A stretch of 64,000 nt of DNA from Mitosporidium daphniae (taxonomy: Eukaryota), in the NCBI RefSeq assembly GCF_000760515.2, contig NW_013546645.1:1-64000 (forward strand). Direction: 5' to 3'. A program made the position numbers and the translations under genes. This document shows, in pieces, positions 1-12,393 of this stretch (position 1 is its first letter; every line of letters begins with the position of its first letter). The notes below the pieces were generated by a model. The model searched no databases. It worked only from the letters and a program-made list of their open reading frames with translations, and was not told the origin of the DNA.

Positions 1-955
1 GCTGCCTATCGTCCAGCTAATGCCACCGATCATCTGACTAAGGCTGCCTATCGTCCAGCTAATGCCACCGATCGTCCAGTTAATGCCACCGATCGTCCAG
101 TTAATGCCACCGATCGTCCAGTTAATGCCACCGATCATCTGGTTAAGGCTGCCTATCGTCCAGCTAATGCCACCGATCATCTGACTAAGGCTGCCTATCG
201 TCCAGCTAATGCCACCGATCGTCCAGTTAATGCCACCGATCGTCCAGTTAATGCCACCGATCATCTGGTTAAGGCTGCCTATCGTCCAGCTAATGCCACC
301 GATCGTCCAGCTATTTCTATGCATCATCTGGCTAATGCCACAGATCGTCCGGCTAAAGATACAGATCATCTGCCTAAGGCTGCCTATCATTCGGTTAGTT
401 CTATGCATGATCTGAATAATTCTACGAATCGTCCAGCTAAAGCTACCGATCTTCCACTTAATAGTACCGATCGTCCAGTTAATATTACCGATCATCCAGT
501 TAATACTAACAATCGTCAGGTTAGTTCTATGCATCATCTGGCTAATGCCACCGCTCGTCCAGTTAACTCCGTATATCGTCCGGTTAGTTCTATGCATGAT
601 CTGGCTAATGCCACCGATCGTCCGGCTAGTTCTATGCATCATCTGGATAAGGCTGCCTATCGTCCAGCTAAGGTTACCAATCGTCTATCTAAGGCCGCAT
701 ATCGTTCAGTTAATGCTACAGATCGTCCGGATAGTTCTATACATCATTTTGCTAAAGTTACCGATCGTCCGGTTAGTTCTATGCATCATTTGGCTAAGGC
801 CACCCATCATCCTAGCAATTTTATCGATCCTTTACTATATGCTACCGATCCTTTACTATATGCTACCGATCCTTTACTAGATACTACAGATCCTTTACTA
901 TATACTACAGATCCTTTACTAGATACTACCGATCTTTTACTAGATACTGCAGACC
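1..955. repeat. 21-nt minisatellite arrays (gttaatgccaccgatcgtcca-type to ~810; gatcctttactagatactaca-type ~826-955)
   Basis: Directly visible tandem units. They are near-perfect at 1-310 and more degenerate downstream. Confidence 0.95.
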
Positions 956-1450
956 CTTCAATAAGTTCCAACGCTTTATCGCCTAGAAAAGCATCCAAAA
1001 TCCATCAGCTACCGCACAACTTCAGGATTTTAAATATAATTACAGCATTGCTAAACAAGTCCTTATCTAATTCTGATGCTAATCAATTGAAATATCCAAA
1101 CTCTCCTAGTAGAGCCAGAAAATTGGGTTCACCTAATGATGTCTCAATTCTTGATAAGAAATATAATATTTCTATAGAATCTGGTATACCACTTCACAAT
1201 CGTTCCTCCAATAGGCATAAGAGGAAATCCCATCGAAGGAAAAACCAAAGCAAATGGCAAAAGCAACCGCAAAACAAAAGGCAAAGGGAAAGGGAAAAGG
1301 AAAGGGAAAGGGAAAAGGAAAGGGAAATGCAAATGCAACACAAAAGGCAAAGGCAACACAAAAGGCAAAGGCAAATTCAAACCAAAAGGCAAGGATAAGG
1401 GTAAGGGCAGCCCCAAAAAAGCGCACACAACACCCTTTTATGTATGTTAA
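1..1450 (+). CDS. Orphan tandem-repeat protein (5' partial): 7-aa NATDRPV/AAYRPAN repeats, DPLLYAT repeats, Lys/Gly-rich tail
   Basis: Frame 1 is open from base 1 through the ORF-track 319..1398 ORF. A probable 31-nt intron (1184-1214, GTATAC..CAATAG) shifts into a KGKGK-rich frame ending PFYVC* at 1448-1450, with the stop overlapping AATAAA as in other genes here. Confidence 0.55.
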
Positions 1451-1491
1451 TAAATTAGCCAAGATGGTACCACCATTTAAATTGACGTCGT

Positions 1492-2998
1492 TTATAAATT
1501 TTTTGTACATGAGCCAAAATCACCTACAATAAACGGATGACGGAGAGAATCGGCGGCAGATATTCTATCCGACGTTTTTAAAGCAAGGAGACGATTTAAA
1601 AGATCAAAGGCCTCATCTGGAAGGATTTTAAAAAGATTTGGATTGAAATGCTCAACGAGCTTTGAAAAAGGCACTCTTTTTTCTGGAACCGAGGGAGTGT
1701 TACACTTCCACTCCCGGGAATAAAACAATGCAGCGTCTTTCATGGCCTCATTCCCAAAAATACATGCAATTTCAACAGCAGCATCAAAATCGTCAGATGA
1801 ATTGAACAAGGGATAATGGCCAATAAGGATGGTTAAAAAAATAACACCAATCGACCACATGTCTATCAGGGGAGTCTGGTGAGCACATTTAAATAGAACT
1901 TCAGGGGCGCGAAATCCACGTGTCCCCGCTCTCGGGGCTTTAAATGCTGGGCGTTTGTCGTTGACCAAATACCCGGACCTCGAAAACAAAGGATGGCGGT
2001 TTTCAGAAGGAACAGAAGGTAAATCTGCAGAATTTGCCGGCTCCGTAAGAGGAGAATATCTCTAAAAAGGTCAAGTAAAGCCTCTTACTTGAGCCAAGCC
2101 AAAGTCGACCAGAAGACCCTTTTTGGATTTGGATGAATACAGGAAATTTGAGGGTTTAAGATCTCTGTGCAAGATGGAACAATCATGGACGCGTCTGACG
2201 GCAGACAACAGGCTTTTCATGTAGCATTGAAGCTGGGTGAGATCCATTGTCTGGTAGTAATCCTAGGACATTAAAATAAAATGTAACTCTGAAATCGGAA
2301 TGCTGGAAGTAAGGGGTAACCACAACTATCTGGTCTTCATAACGCTGAACAGAAATAATGTTTACAATGTTCTCGTGAAAGCTACAATGTAAGAGTAAGG
2401 CGGATCTCCTCCGTACCTGACGTCGGATATGAAAGAGACCTCATCGAGAATCCTGTCTGGAGAGCTTGTGGGATTTATACGCTTTAAGGCAACAAAGACG
2501 GGATCACAGTTTTTTTCGCGATAAAAAGAAAGAGCCTTGCGAAATAGAGCTCTCCAAATGGCCGTTGAATTGGGGGAGACTTCAGTTAAATGGGAAAACC
2601 GTTCTGGAAAACAAGCATACATTTCAAGCGCAAGCAGCTCTTGAATCTGGTTGTTCTTGGTTTCGCTATCAGTGATTTCTTTGTGCCAAGTTTCGTTATT
2701 GTATTTGTAATGGTTCAGATCTAAGGCCTTATAAACGGTGCTGAATGTTCCTAGTTGTGAGTAAAAAGATGTGTAAACCTTCACCAATCTTTCCGATCGG
2801 CAAAAAATTGTCTGCAAAAGAAGGAAATCCAATCAGAAAATTCTCGATCTCAACGAACACGGGAAAATCAAGTGTTGGATAAGACGGGATATCTGCACAA
2901 TCGCTTGCTGAGTTGGGCAATTCCTTCAACAAGGGTACCATTGGTTCTGTCGCCGAAGCATTAAATTTAAATGGAGTAGGTAAAACTTTTGAAGACAT
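1492..2998 (-). CDS. CDC7: Cdc7/Hsk1 DDK kinase
   Basis: Spliced translation gives KIGEGTFSTVYKA, VALKRI..TSSPDRILDE, HRDLKPSNFL, LVDFGLAQ, RAGTRGFRAPEVLFKC. Introns: 2751-2778, 2382-2416, 2263-2287, 2062-2088. Confidence 0.95.
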
Positions 2999-3477
2999 AA
3001 TACAATATAAGCATACACGAAAGCAAAGAATCAGCCGGGCAAGAGGAGAGTTGAAATTGGCGCTTGATAATGCAAGTGCAACTTCAATAAATACAATAAG
3101 AATTGGGATTTTAGGGTTGAAATTTTACAACAATTCAATTTCCGAATTTATTAACTTGAAATGGTGTTGTTTGTGAAAGGAAGCAGGGATATCGTCCAGT
3201 GGAAAAGGGGTCCAAGCAGCGCGCCTAAAGCGATCATCAAAACACGGGGGTCAGAAACACACATATATTGATCATCGAAGCACGGGGTGAAAAACGCGCC
3301 CAATCTTTTCGAGTATCTTTGTGTTGCTTTTTGTTGCCATGGCAGTAAAAATCCGATTGTCAGTCCGAAAGATTCCGGAAGCAAGAAATGTGCAAGAAAC
3401 CTTGTTTCATTAAGACGAAAAGATAGAAAAAATGAACAAAGCTTCTTTCAATAAGCAAAAAAGAGCAAAAACTGGTC

Positions 3478-3603
3478 AATATGCTCAAATATTCTCGAAT
3501 ATGCTCAAATATTCTCGAATATGCTCAAGTATGCTCAAATATTCTCGAATAGCCCAAGTATGCTCAAATATTCTCGAATATGCTCAATTATGCTCAAATA
3601 TGC
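3478..3603. repeat. 10-nt unit tandem repeat (aatatgctca / aatattctcg)
   Basis: About 12 alternating units, visible directly in intergenic DNA. Confidence 0.9.
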
Positions 3604-5295
3604 CTGCAAAATCCTTCCAAGTATATCAAGAAGGCAATAGGTCATAATGCAAACTAACTCGCGCTTTTCTTGCTTTCTCATTTGGCTAGAATCTTCACCA
3701 CCAGAGTTACTGCGTACTTTGCAAAGCTATACACGGTTAAAAAATACGGCTAAAAGGGAAATACAAGAAGCCTTTAAACCCAAAAAAGCATTCAGATAAT
3801 CTGAAATTTCAAGAGGAGAGGGAAAGACTTTATTGTGCATTGGTATCCAAGCTGTTCACAAATCTCTTTAAAAAGATGTTGGTTTCTTCATGCTCATTTG
3901 CACCAAAGCTTCTTATTATCGTATTCATATGAGCTCGCCTAGTCCCATTGTTTGAAAGCACGTAAAAATAAAAGCTAGCTTTTGGAATGATGCTTATGAA
4001 AAACCATAAACACAGCGGACTTGATCATATCGCTTTTAAGGCCAAAGATATAATGAGTGAGCTTAATAATAGAAGAAACCCCAAGAAAGACCTATGCCAA
4101 CATATAGGTAGGTTTTAGTTTTCTTCAAAAAAAAGTTATAAAATTTTGAACCAATGCAAGAGTAATCCAAGTTAGGATAGAGCGGATCGTGAAAATACGT
4201 CGGCTTAACGTTGATTTATACTCAGATTCGCGAATTTGAATATCGAATCCTGTTACGTTGATGGGAATATTCACATCGAGGGCAAATGGCTCAGTTTTCT
4301 TCAAAGGGTTCATATATTGAAAGAGTGTTGGAACGTTAGAAACATCTTCTGATATTGGCTCTTGAGAAAATTCAAATAAAAAAAGAAATTTTAGACAGTT
4401 CGTTTATGCGTAAGCATGCCGCAATAAAATTGAAATCTATATTAACGCTAAAGAAAGAGCATATCAATTATAGTAAACATTTAATCCCCAAATGAATGTT
4501 GTGCAGGGAGAAATGGCATAGGAATGCTTGAATTTTGGTAACACACTGATGAAAACGCCTTTGAAGCTATTGTGAAGAAAAAGCAAGAACCAGCGTGCAA
4601 GATAACAAAGAAAACATGATGAAAAGAATTGAGAATACCATGGCAGAAATGGGAAACCTGAAATCTACAATGGTCCGATGTTGCCATTCACTTTGGAGGT
4701 GATAATATTTGGTAAGAAAATTAATTTACATTTTTATAGCCAATAAACTGGGTGTTAATTTTGAGAGCTTGGTCGCTTGTCAGAAAATTTACTAACAAAA
4801 TCGAAATGCCAATTTTTATTGCCTAACATTATCTTTTGCAATAGGGAGCTTCTTTTTTGCTTTTTTAGAAGGGTTACTTTACACATTATTTATCGATTGC
4901 ATCGATCTAATGAACGGTTATAATGAACAGTTCTAATTCTTAAGCCGCAATCTTGGAGGGTTATTGGTGTGATGAATTAGCTCCCTGTTGTTTCCCTCTT
5001 ATATGTGTGAACTAAAGGACATTTAACACCAATTTATACCTGCACTTTCTTGTTTCCGTTTCAAAGGACACATGTGAGGTAGCGCGCTAAGATATATTAA
5101 CGGTAAAGCTATAAATGGCAACGTAATGGTTTAGGGTTAGGGTAGAATATTGGTAATCAACAACTAAATGCTTTATTGTCCGCATCGTGGAGTACTAATA
5201 TTTGCAGATTTCATAAACATTGGCTTATTTGGATGCGAATTGGGTTGGATTGAAATTATAATGATTAATTATTTATAATTACAATAATATGCCGT

Positions 5296-5366
5296 GGTTT
5301 CATAGTGTAGCGGTATCACCCAGGACTCTGAATCCTGTAACCTGAGTTCGAATCTCAGTGGAACCA
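5296..5366 (+). tRNA. tRNA-Gln (anticodon CTG)
   Basis: Acceptor stem GGTTTCA/TGGAACC, anticodon arm CAGGA-CT[CTG]AA-TCCTG, T-loop GTTCGAATC, followed by T-runs. Confidence 0.95.
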
Positions 5367-5389
5367 TGTTTTAATTTTTACAGAATTTA

Positions 5390-5604
5390 ATGCGCAAGTT
5401 TGCTTTATCTTCGGTTCGTTCTTTTGCCACAGCACCTGATCTCTTCAGCAAAGGACGCTTCAATACAGCCTATGCATTTGGTTCCTTGTGTTTATTTGGA
5501 GCAGGAGTAAGCCTTTTTACTTTAATCACCGACCTTAGTCACTACTGATTTATAATCAGCACTTAGCAAGAGTCGAGGAGCTGCAAGCTAAACGAGCTCA
5601 CTAG
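5390..5604 (+). CDS. 60-aa single-TM protein with mitochondrial presequence (possibly COX7C/Cox8-like); absent from ORF track
   Basis: Intron 5507-5538 (GTAAGC..CTTAG). Product MRKFALSSVRSFATAPDLFSKGRFNTAYAFGSLCLFGAGSLLIYNQHLARVEELQAKRAH has an Arg/Ser-rich N-terminus and one hydrophobic helix. Confidence 0.65.
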
Positions 5605-5691
5605 AAATTAGACATACAGCTATAGTAAACATGTCAAACATCTTTTTCATTTTTTGTTCTTTTATTACAATACACAAGGTGTCATTCTTAC

Positions 5692-7205
5692 TTAAGAGCC
5701 GTCCAAGACACGCCCGTCAGCTGATCTAATATGGCATAAAAGTATACAATCAGCCACATCACGAATCATCCGAAATAGATTTTTGTTGACAGATGATCCT
5801 AGCATCCAATAGGCCAGTATTCCAAAGACAGCTATGTTGATTTCAATGTTGTTGTCGGTAAAGATCACAAAGGTTGCTATGATAAACGACACAAGGAAAG
5901 AAACCAGGTCCAAAAGCAAATGCAAAAGTCCAGGTGCAACTACGTGAACTTGATGATGGAGCAGTATTCGTTGTAATTGGGCATATGAGGAGCAAAGTGA
6001 TAGCGTGGATGAAGAAGAGCCTGGCTGGTTGACGAGATTAATCAACGCCAAAGACGAGGCCGCTGCCTTTTTGAGGTGTATCCAGTGAACTATGTGATGA
6101 ATAAAGCTATTTGAGGAGGAAAGCCAAAATGGCATCCAAAAGAAGCCGATTGTGTATTTCCAAAGGCTTAAGGATGAACAAATAAACAATTCGACAAACG
6201 AAAAAAAGGATAAAATTAGCGATGAACAGCAAAGCTGGCCAGGCGCAGATTTCCACATCCAAAAGAGCCAATCTGTAGCATCTAAAAGGAAATCTTCTCT
6301 TCGCTGTTGATTGTTATTAATTAGTGACGCTGTGGGAGAGGTATTTCCTTGGAGCTCACATGAATGAAGCCTCCACCAGTCGATTATCACGAAGGCAGTC
6401 AACATTTTCTGGACATTTCCAAGAAGGGTGCAAGTCCAAATGTAAAAAAATACCAAAAAGGCACCAACAAGAACAGAAGTAAACGTAAACGAATAGAAGC
6501 TTGCGTCTTTCAAATGATGGAACCCAAGAAGCAGAGAATGTGAAAAAATAACAAACCAAATGCCACTAAGCAGAAGAGTAAAGGTTTGACACAGACAGAA
6601 AATAATTGCCAAGTAGTACGAATTTTTCTTGGCAACAAGACAAGTCAACTGGGCAACCTTTATGGCCTGGGGAATCGCCTTTACGATATTCCTGTAAAGG
6701 CCTAAAAAAAAGATTGGAACAATGAAGAAAACGATGGAAAGAAACCATGGGACTTGATAGGAGAATATCCAGCAACACACGCCCCAAAAAGTCAGAATCG
6801 AAGCTAGTAGCGAGTAAACAAACAGCGAAGTGTATATAGACAAGATGTAAATACAGCCAACACCAACGATATTGGTCAGAAAAAGACCCGCGAATAGTTG
6901 AGACGAGTGCGAGATTATCATATTAAATATCTTGCTGGTAGGCGATATTTTAGATAAGCTCTAAAAAAAATTCATCATAAGCTTACAAACGGAGACATAA
7001 TAAGAATCGTGATAGCTATAAGGAAAAAGAGGATACTGCATCCCAGAAACAATTTGGAGTATAATTCGTCATTTAAATGGGACTCCTCCTGAAGCTCGAA
7101 ATTTTCCTCATTCTCCCGCATATATTCCTTTGCATCGATGGAAGGATGGAACGCATCCAAAATAGGATTTGTTTCCACACCAGATTCTAGATGCTGATCG
7201 GCCAT
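5692..7205 (-). CDS. Polytopic membrane protein, probably choline transporter-like (CTL/Pns1) family
   Basis: ORFs 6975..7205 and 5692..6921 join in frame through a 26-nt intron (6961-6986). About 10 TM segments; GQLCCSSLI and DVADCILLC motifs resemble CTL proteins. Confidence 0.55.
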
Positions 7206-7289
7206 TTACAAACGAGTTGAAAACATGAAATTTTATTGAAATTTTAAAAACATGGATCAAATTTTGATTTAAACTTTGAGATCTTTTTA

Positions 7290-8021
7290 ATGAAAGCAAT
7301 TGTAATCGGTGCAACTGGCCAAATTGGACGTCAACTAGTCAGTGCGCTTCTACGGTGCCCACAGTTGAAGGAGTCGCGCGTCTCTGCGATCGTTAGAAAC
7401 CTCCCGGAGGATCCACAGTCTTTCTTTGATGCGACTGATGAATCTATTTCTCGACTTTCTTTACGAGTAGTATCTGATTTCAACACTTTTGATTTCTCAA
7501 CCATCTTTGATTGTCCAGACAAGTTTACGCATGCATTCAGCACACTTGGCACAACTTTGAAACAATCACCCAACGCTGCGGATTATTATCGTGTTGATCA
7601 TGACTTTCCCGTGAAATTTGCCTCCGCAGCGCGTGCTGGGGGTGTTCCTTTTTTTGGCATCGTCACTTCGATGAATTCTTGCTCCTCTTCATCATTTGCA
7701 TATCTCAAACTTAAAGGAGATGTTGAAAAAGACGTGATAGCCCTGGATTTCCCGTCCTTAGTGATTTTGAGACCGGGATTCCTTTTCGCTGAAAAGCTCA
7801 GAGATACTGCTCCATGGTTTGAAGCCCTGACACACAAGCTTTTTTATCCAGTTGTGGAGTTTTTCTTTCCGATGAAATATACCGTTCATATTGAAGACGC
7901 AGCTAAGACAATGCTTTATTCGGCGATTCAGGCGACCCCTGGATTGAAAATTATAGAAAACAAGGAGATTGTTCAGATGGCGCTAGCCAGCGACCAGGCC
8001 TTGGCCGAAAATAAAATCTAG
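7290..8021 (+). CDS. NAD(P)-binding Rossmann protein, TIP30/HTATIP2/Fmp52-like
   Basis: GATGQIG, FSTLGTT, RVDHDFP, YLKLKGDVE, ILRPGFL motifs. Confidence 0.85.
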   Translation: MKAIVIGATGQIGRQLVSALLRCPQLKESRVSAIVRNLPEDPQSFFDATDESISRLSLRVVSDFNTFDFSTIFDCPDKFTHAFSTLGTTLKQSPNAADYYRVDHDFPVKFASAARAGGVPFFGIVTSMNSCSSSSFAYLKLKGDVEKDVIALDFPSLVILRPGFLFAEKLRDTAPWFEALTHKLFYPVVEFFFPMKYTVHIEDAAKTMLYSAIQATPGLKIIENKEIVQMALASDQALAENKI

Positions 8022-8117
8022 TTTTTTAGATGGCTCGAGCAATTTATTTTACAGGGCTTTCGTTGGGGTTGTTTGCATCTGTGATACGTCTTCACAGTCT
8101 GCATTTGTGACGCCTTG

Positions 8118-8684
8118 TCACAGTCTTCGCATCAAGGCGGCAGAGATACGTGCTGGGTTCTCTCTCTCTTCTCGTTTAAATTTGTTTTTAACCTGAGACC
8201 TGGTCCGGCTCTTCAGCGATTTTGATAGCATTTCAAAATCGGTGCCAAATACCTGAAGTGCCTGGTAAAACTGGTGAGTATCCTCACTGGACCATCTGTT
8301 TCTAGGAATAGCTTTTCTAAAAGAGGCAGATGTGGTCCATTTGGATGTCTCTTCAACACGCTCTCTATGCTCGTCCAGTATAGATGGTCTATCCAAAACC
8401 AGGGATTCTTCATCAACAACAAGCTTTCCATCAATGATAGTGACTCTAGGGGCGCTTGAGAGGATTGGTGGTGTCTGTGTGGCCGTGGGTGATGCTGTAT
8501 CTTCCGATTTGACACTATTACTGATGCCAAAATATCTGGATGCCCGCTCTTTAGAGCAACCAACAGACATAGGAAGACCATTTAGTGGGTTTTTAGTAAC
8601 AAGCTCAGAAAGTGTCATTGACGATTGTGCTCGATTTGTTGGCCCCTCATCCCTCCAAGACCTTCTTGAAAACGAAGACGACAT
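8118..8684 (-). CDS. BDP1: TFIIIB B'' subunit Bdp1 (minimal SANT-domain form)
   Basis: WSSEDTHQFYQALQVFGTDFEMLSK..RTRSQVKNKFKREERENP and VVDEESL motifs. Confidence 0.88.
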   Translation of the reverse strand: MSSSFSRRSWRDEGPTNRAQSSMTLSELVTKNPLNGLPMSVGCSKERASRYFGISNSVKSEDTASPTATQTPPILSSAPRVTIIDGKLVVDEESLVLDRPSILDEHRERVEETSKWTTSASFRKAIPRNRWSSEDTHQFYQALQVFGTDFEMLSKSLKSRTRSQVKNKFKREERENPARISAALMRRL

Positions 8685-8754
8685 TTAAAGTGCACTTAAA
8701 AATGGGCCCAAATTTAATTTTAATTATTGGGCCACAGTTGGGGCTGTTTTGTAT

Positions 8755-9414
8755 TTACTTTAAAAGGGTTTCCTTCCAAAACTTGGCCGTTTGAATGGCT
8801 TGAGAGATGGTCTGTTCCGCCAGAGGTGTGTCCGAAGTAGAGCCATCCGGAAGCTTACGCCTTGGAAGTCGCCCAATGAGCGCCATCGGATCCAGCTCTA
8901 ATGGGATGCCATCATCAATTAGCTCGTCAAATAGGATACTGACAACATCAAAAGATTCCAAAATGCTTCGAGATGATATCCCGCCACTAGATAATTTAAT
9001 AAAATTGGGTAGTCTCACTGGATTACAACCCCAAGTCCCTCTATTAGGGTGTTAAGGAGGGTGCTCAATAGCAAAGGATTGGTTGAGTTCTCGGAGGAGC
9101 CAATTATTGTGATAGCGAGATCAGGAGCAACAAGCTGAAATATCGAAATATTCCCGTCAATTACAATAATGTCCGGCTGCGAATAAGCACTACTGCCTGT
9201 GGCTATCAGGGAGGATGAAATTGGAGGGTAAGTTACCATTTTTCAAGTTTTCGATTGAGGAGAGAAAATTGCTCTCAAAGGACCTCTGCTTGGTAAAAGT
9301 GTCCAACCCAGAGGATTCGTCCGACGTGGCCGACGAGTAGTATTGCGAAAACAGACGGCAACCGGTACGAGAATCAAGGATGGCCACGCCCCTGATTGCC
9401 TTGATAAAGGACAT
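8755..9414 (-). CDS. RET3: Coatomer zeta subunit (longin fold)
   Basis: ILDS..RLFSQYY, QRSFE, ILESFDVVSILFDELIDDGIPLELDP. Introns 9203-9236 and 8987-9018. Confidence 0.85.
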
Positions 9415-9527
9415 TGATTTTTTTGAAATTTAAAGTGAAAATGCCTATTTCATTCAGTTTGGATTTAGATTTTAATTTAGGGTTGCCATTGCAATAATGC
9501 AATTTTGGATTTTATTATTTTCAATTC

Positions 9528-12393
9528 ATGAACATTTCTCTTCTTCTCCAAAATACACTCTCCCCAGATCAGGCATTAAGGGAATCTGCAACGGTGACGT
9601 TGGAGCGAGCATCGGTTGAAAATTTCGGTGTATATATCCAGCTCCTTGCAGCAGAGCTTGCAAACGCAGATGCACAGCAGCATTTACGTGTTGCCGCGGG
9701 CGTGGCATTGAAGAACTCCCTTAGCTCCAAAAAAGACCCCATAAAACGAAACCAACAGGCCCAGAGATGGACAGCATTGGATGCTACGCTAAAGACCTCC
9801 ATCAAGTCTGTAATCATCAACACTATGGCATCGGCAAATATTTCAAACACCGTTGGAACCACACTAGCCCAAGTCCTTGCGTCAATTGCCGGCATTGAAC
9901 TCCCTCGTAATGAATGGCCAGAGCTAATTCCACTGTTACTTCAGAATGTAACCAATGTTGGGAGTCCAAACACACTTCGTCGCACCACACTTGAGGCAAT
10001 CGGCTTCATGTGTGAAGATATCGAACACTGGGTACTAGCGCCCTGGTCTTCCCAAATCCTCACAGCCGTCATTCAAGGGGCAAGAAAAGAGGAGCTCGAT
10101 AGTGCAGTTCGCTTGGCCGCCATCACTTCCCTTAACAATTCCCTTTTGTTTGTGGCCACTCATTTTGAAAATGAAACGGAGCGGAATTTTCTGATGACAG
10201 TAGTGTGCGAAGCAACTCAATCGCTATGCGAGTCTATTGCTGTTGCTGCTTTTGAGTGTCTTGTTTCTATCATGACACTCTATTATCAACATATGGCCTC
10301 GTACATGACACATGGTCTATTTATTGCGACCATCGAAGCGATGAAGGTTACCCGCACCGCGATTGCTCTTCAAGCGATTGAATTCTGGTCAACGGTATGC
10401 GAATCGGAGATTGATCGCCTTATTGAACGCGATTCTGACCCTTCGACGCCCGTTTTTTATTTTGCCAAGGCCGCAGCGCCGCTGGTCCTTCCAACACTTT
10501 TAGAGCTACTTGTAAAAAGCAAAGAGGAGCAAGATGCCGACGAAGGTGGCGAGGGCGACAATGGCGAAGATTGGACGGTCTCAAAGGCAGCAGCTACCTC
10601 TCTTTCGCTCTTTGCGGGATGTGTGCAGGATGAGCTTCTATCAATTGGCAATGGGGCTGTTTTTTCATTTATTGAACGCAACATTGCAAAAGCTGATGAT
10701 TGGGCTGCCCGTGAAGCGGCCCTGATGGCGTTTGGATCGATTCTTGATGGACCACCACCCGCTTATACACGGCAATATGCCCAAGGGGCCATGCCCACTT
10801 TTTATTCTTTAGTGCTCAACGACACTTCGCTTGCTGTCAGAGAATCTGCCGCCTGGTACATCTCAAGAGTTTGCGAGCTACTGTGCAATTCTGCTATTGG
10901 CAGCAACGAGCAAGCATCTGGGTTTCACCGAAATGACGCCATCATCAACTCTTTTCTTGATATCAATTCGCTGGTAACGACATTGGAGTCCTTGCTTTCA
11001 GCACACCCTCGAGTGGCATTTCATGCTGCAACGGGATTTATGCATCTCGGCGCAGTTATTGCCGAGGATTCTGCTTCCGGGTTTCCTCCCACAAACATTC
11101 TTTCTCCTTTTCTTCCAAAATGCTTTATGTCTCTCTTCAATTCCTCAATGTAGCCTTTTTTTTTGATTTTTATTATTAGGCGGGCAGATGTTGATGACCA
11201 AAACCTGCGCTCCGTCTTTTTCCAAGCAATGTCTGCATTGATAGATAGTGCTGCAATTGTAAGGACCCACAGCATCACAAATTATTTAGGATTGCGAGAC
11301 CATGGTCCTTCAGCTGACAGAGTCTATTCTGGGCCAGCTTGAGTATGCCCTTTCACTTGTCGGAAATGCCATTAATTTTGACGATTTGATTCGAATTGCG
11401 GATGCCCAGTCAAATTACTGCTTGCTTTTACAATCTGCGTTCAACCGATTGCGCGAAGCTTCATCCTCAATTTCAGACAGGGCCATGGCAGTCTTTCTGT
11501 CGCTTTTAAATTCACCCGTTTGTTGCAAGAATACGTCGCTTCATGAGGACGTTTTGATGGTAATCGATGCACTGTTTGCTGCAGTCGACAAGGAAAAGAG
11601 CTCCTCCTATTTTACATATTTTTATCCCAAGATTATGGAGGTTATTGGCGGTAAAGGGTTTGCAGTCAACCCTCAAGAATCTACTCTGATTTCCGTTGCC
11701 GCAGGAATTATAGGCGAGTTTTTCAGGTCTCTCCCAAAAGATGTGGTCTCAAATTACAGTCTGGAGGTCATTTCATCGCTTTTGGAAGTTATAAAGGTGC
11801 GTGCGTGTTTTTACTTTCAATTCTAGGACGAATCCTTTAATAGAAATGTCAAAATTACAGCAATAAGCTCCATTGGAGACATTATTGACTCAATGGGGAC
11901 GGCCATTCTGCCTTCACTATCTGCAATACAAATGATGCTTGTAGAGGGTGAATCGGTGGCTTCGACGCTTCCAAGATATTCACTAGATGATCTTGACTAT
12001 ATTTCAGAGCTTCGTGAAAAGCTACTTCACACGTGGACATTTATCATCCATATGGCGATGGAGTCTAACAATTTGGAGCTACTCAATAGTATCGCGCCGA
12101 ATGTCATCTCGTTGGTTCATTCTGTCTCCCAGGACGATGATTCAAGCGAAGCGGCTATTCGTGCCTCAATCGGAACGCTAGGGTGAGTTTTTGTCCATTC
12201 AAATTCTCAATGTAGGGATATGGGCCAAGTTCTTTTGCGGAACCAACTAACCACGCCATGGATGCGCTCATTTATTCGTGACCATCTTAAGCGGGGCGCC
12301 AATGCCGAATCAACAATTACAATAGCCACCTGGGCATACAAGGTTTGTCATCTTTGTTCACCTCCAATTTAGCAACTATTCAATGACCAATAA
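9528..12393 (+). CDS. KAP95: Importin beta-1
   Basis: AAGVALKNSL, IELPRNEWPELI, ENETERNFLMTVVCEATQ, ALQAIEFWSTVCE, REAALMAFGSILDGP. Five ~30-33-nt introns link the ORF pieces; stop TAA 12391-12393. Confidence 0.95.

Noticed and set aside
209..880. Hydrophobic MPPIVQL repeat ORFs
   Set aside because: Alternative-frame shadows of the minisatellite. They are interrupted by stops, while frame 1 stays open throughout.
1..955. CRISPR-like array
   Set aside because: The units are contiguous 21-nt tandem repeats without unique spacers, lie inside an open frame, and the DNA is eukaryotic with no cas genes.
5131..5143. Chromosome end or telomere
   Set aside because: Only two repeat units, with genes on both sides.
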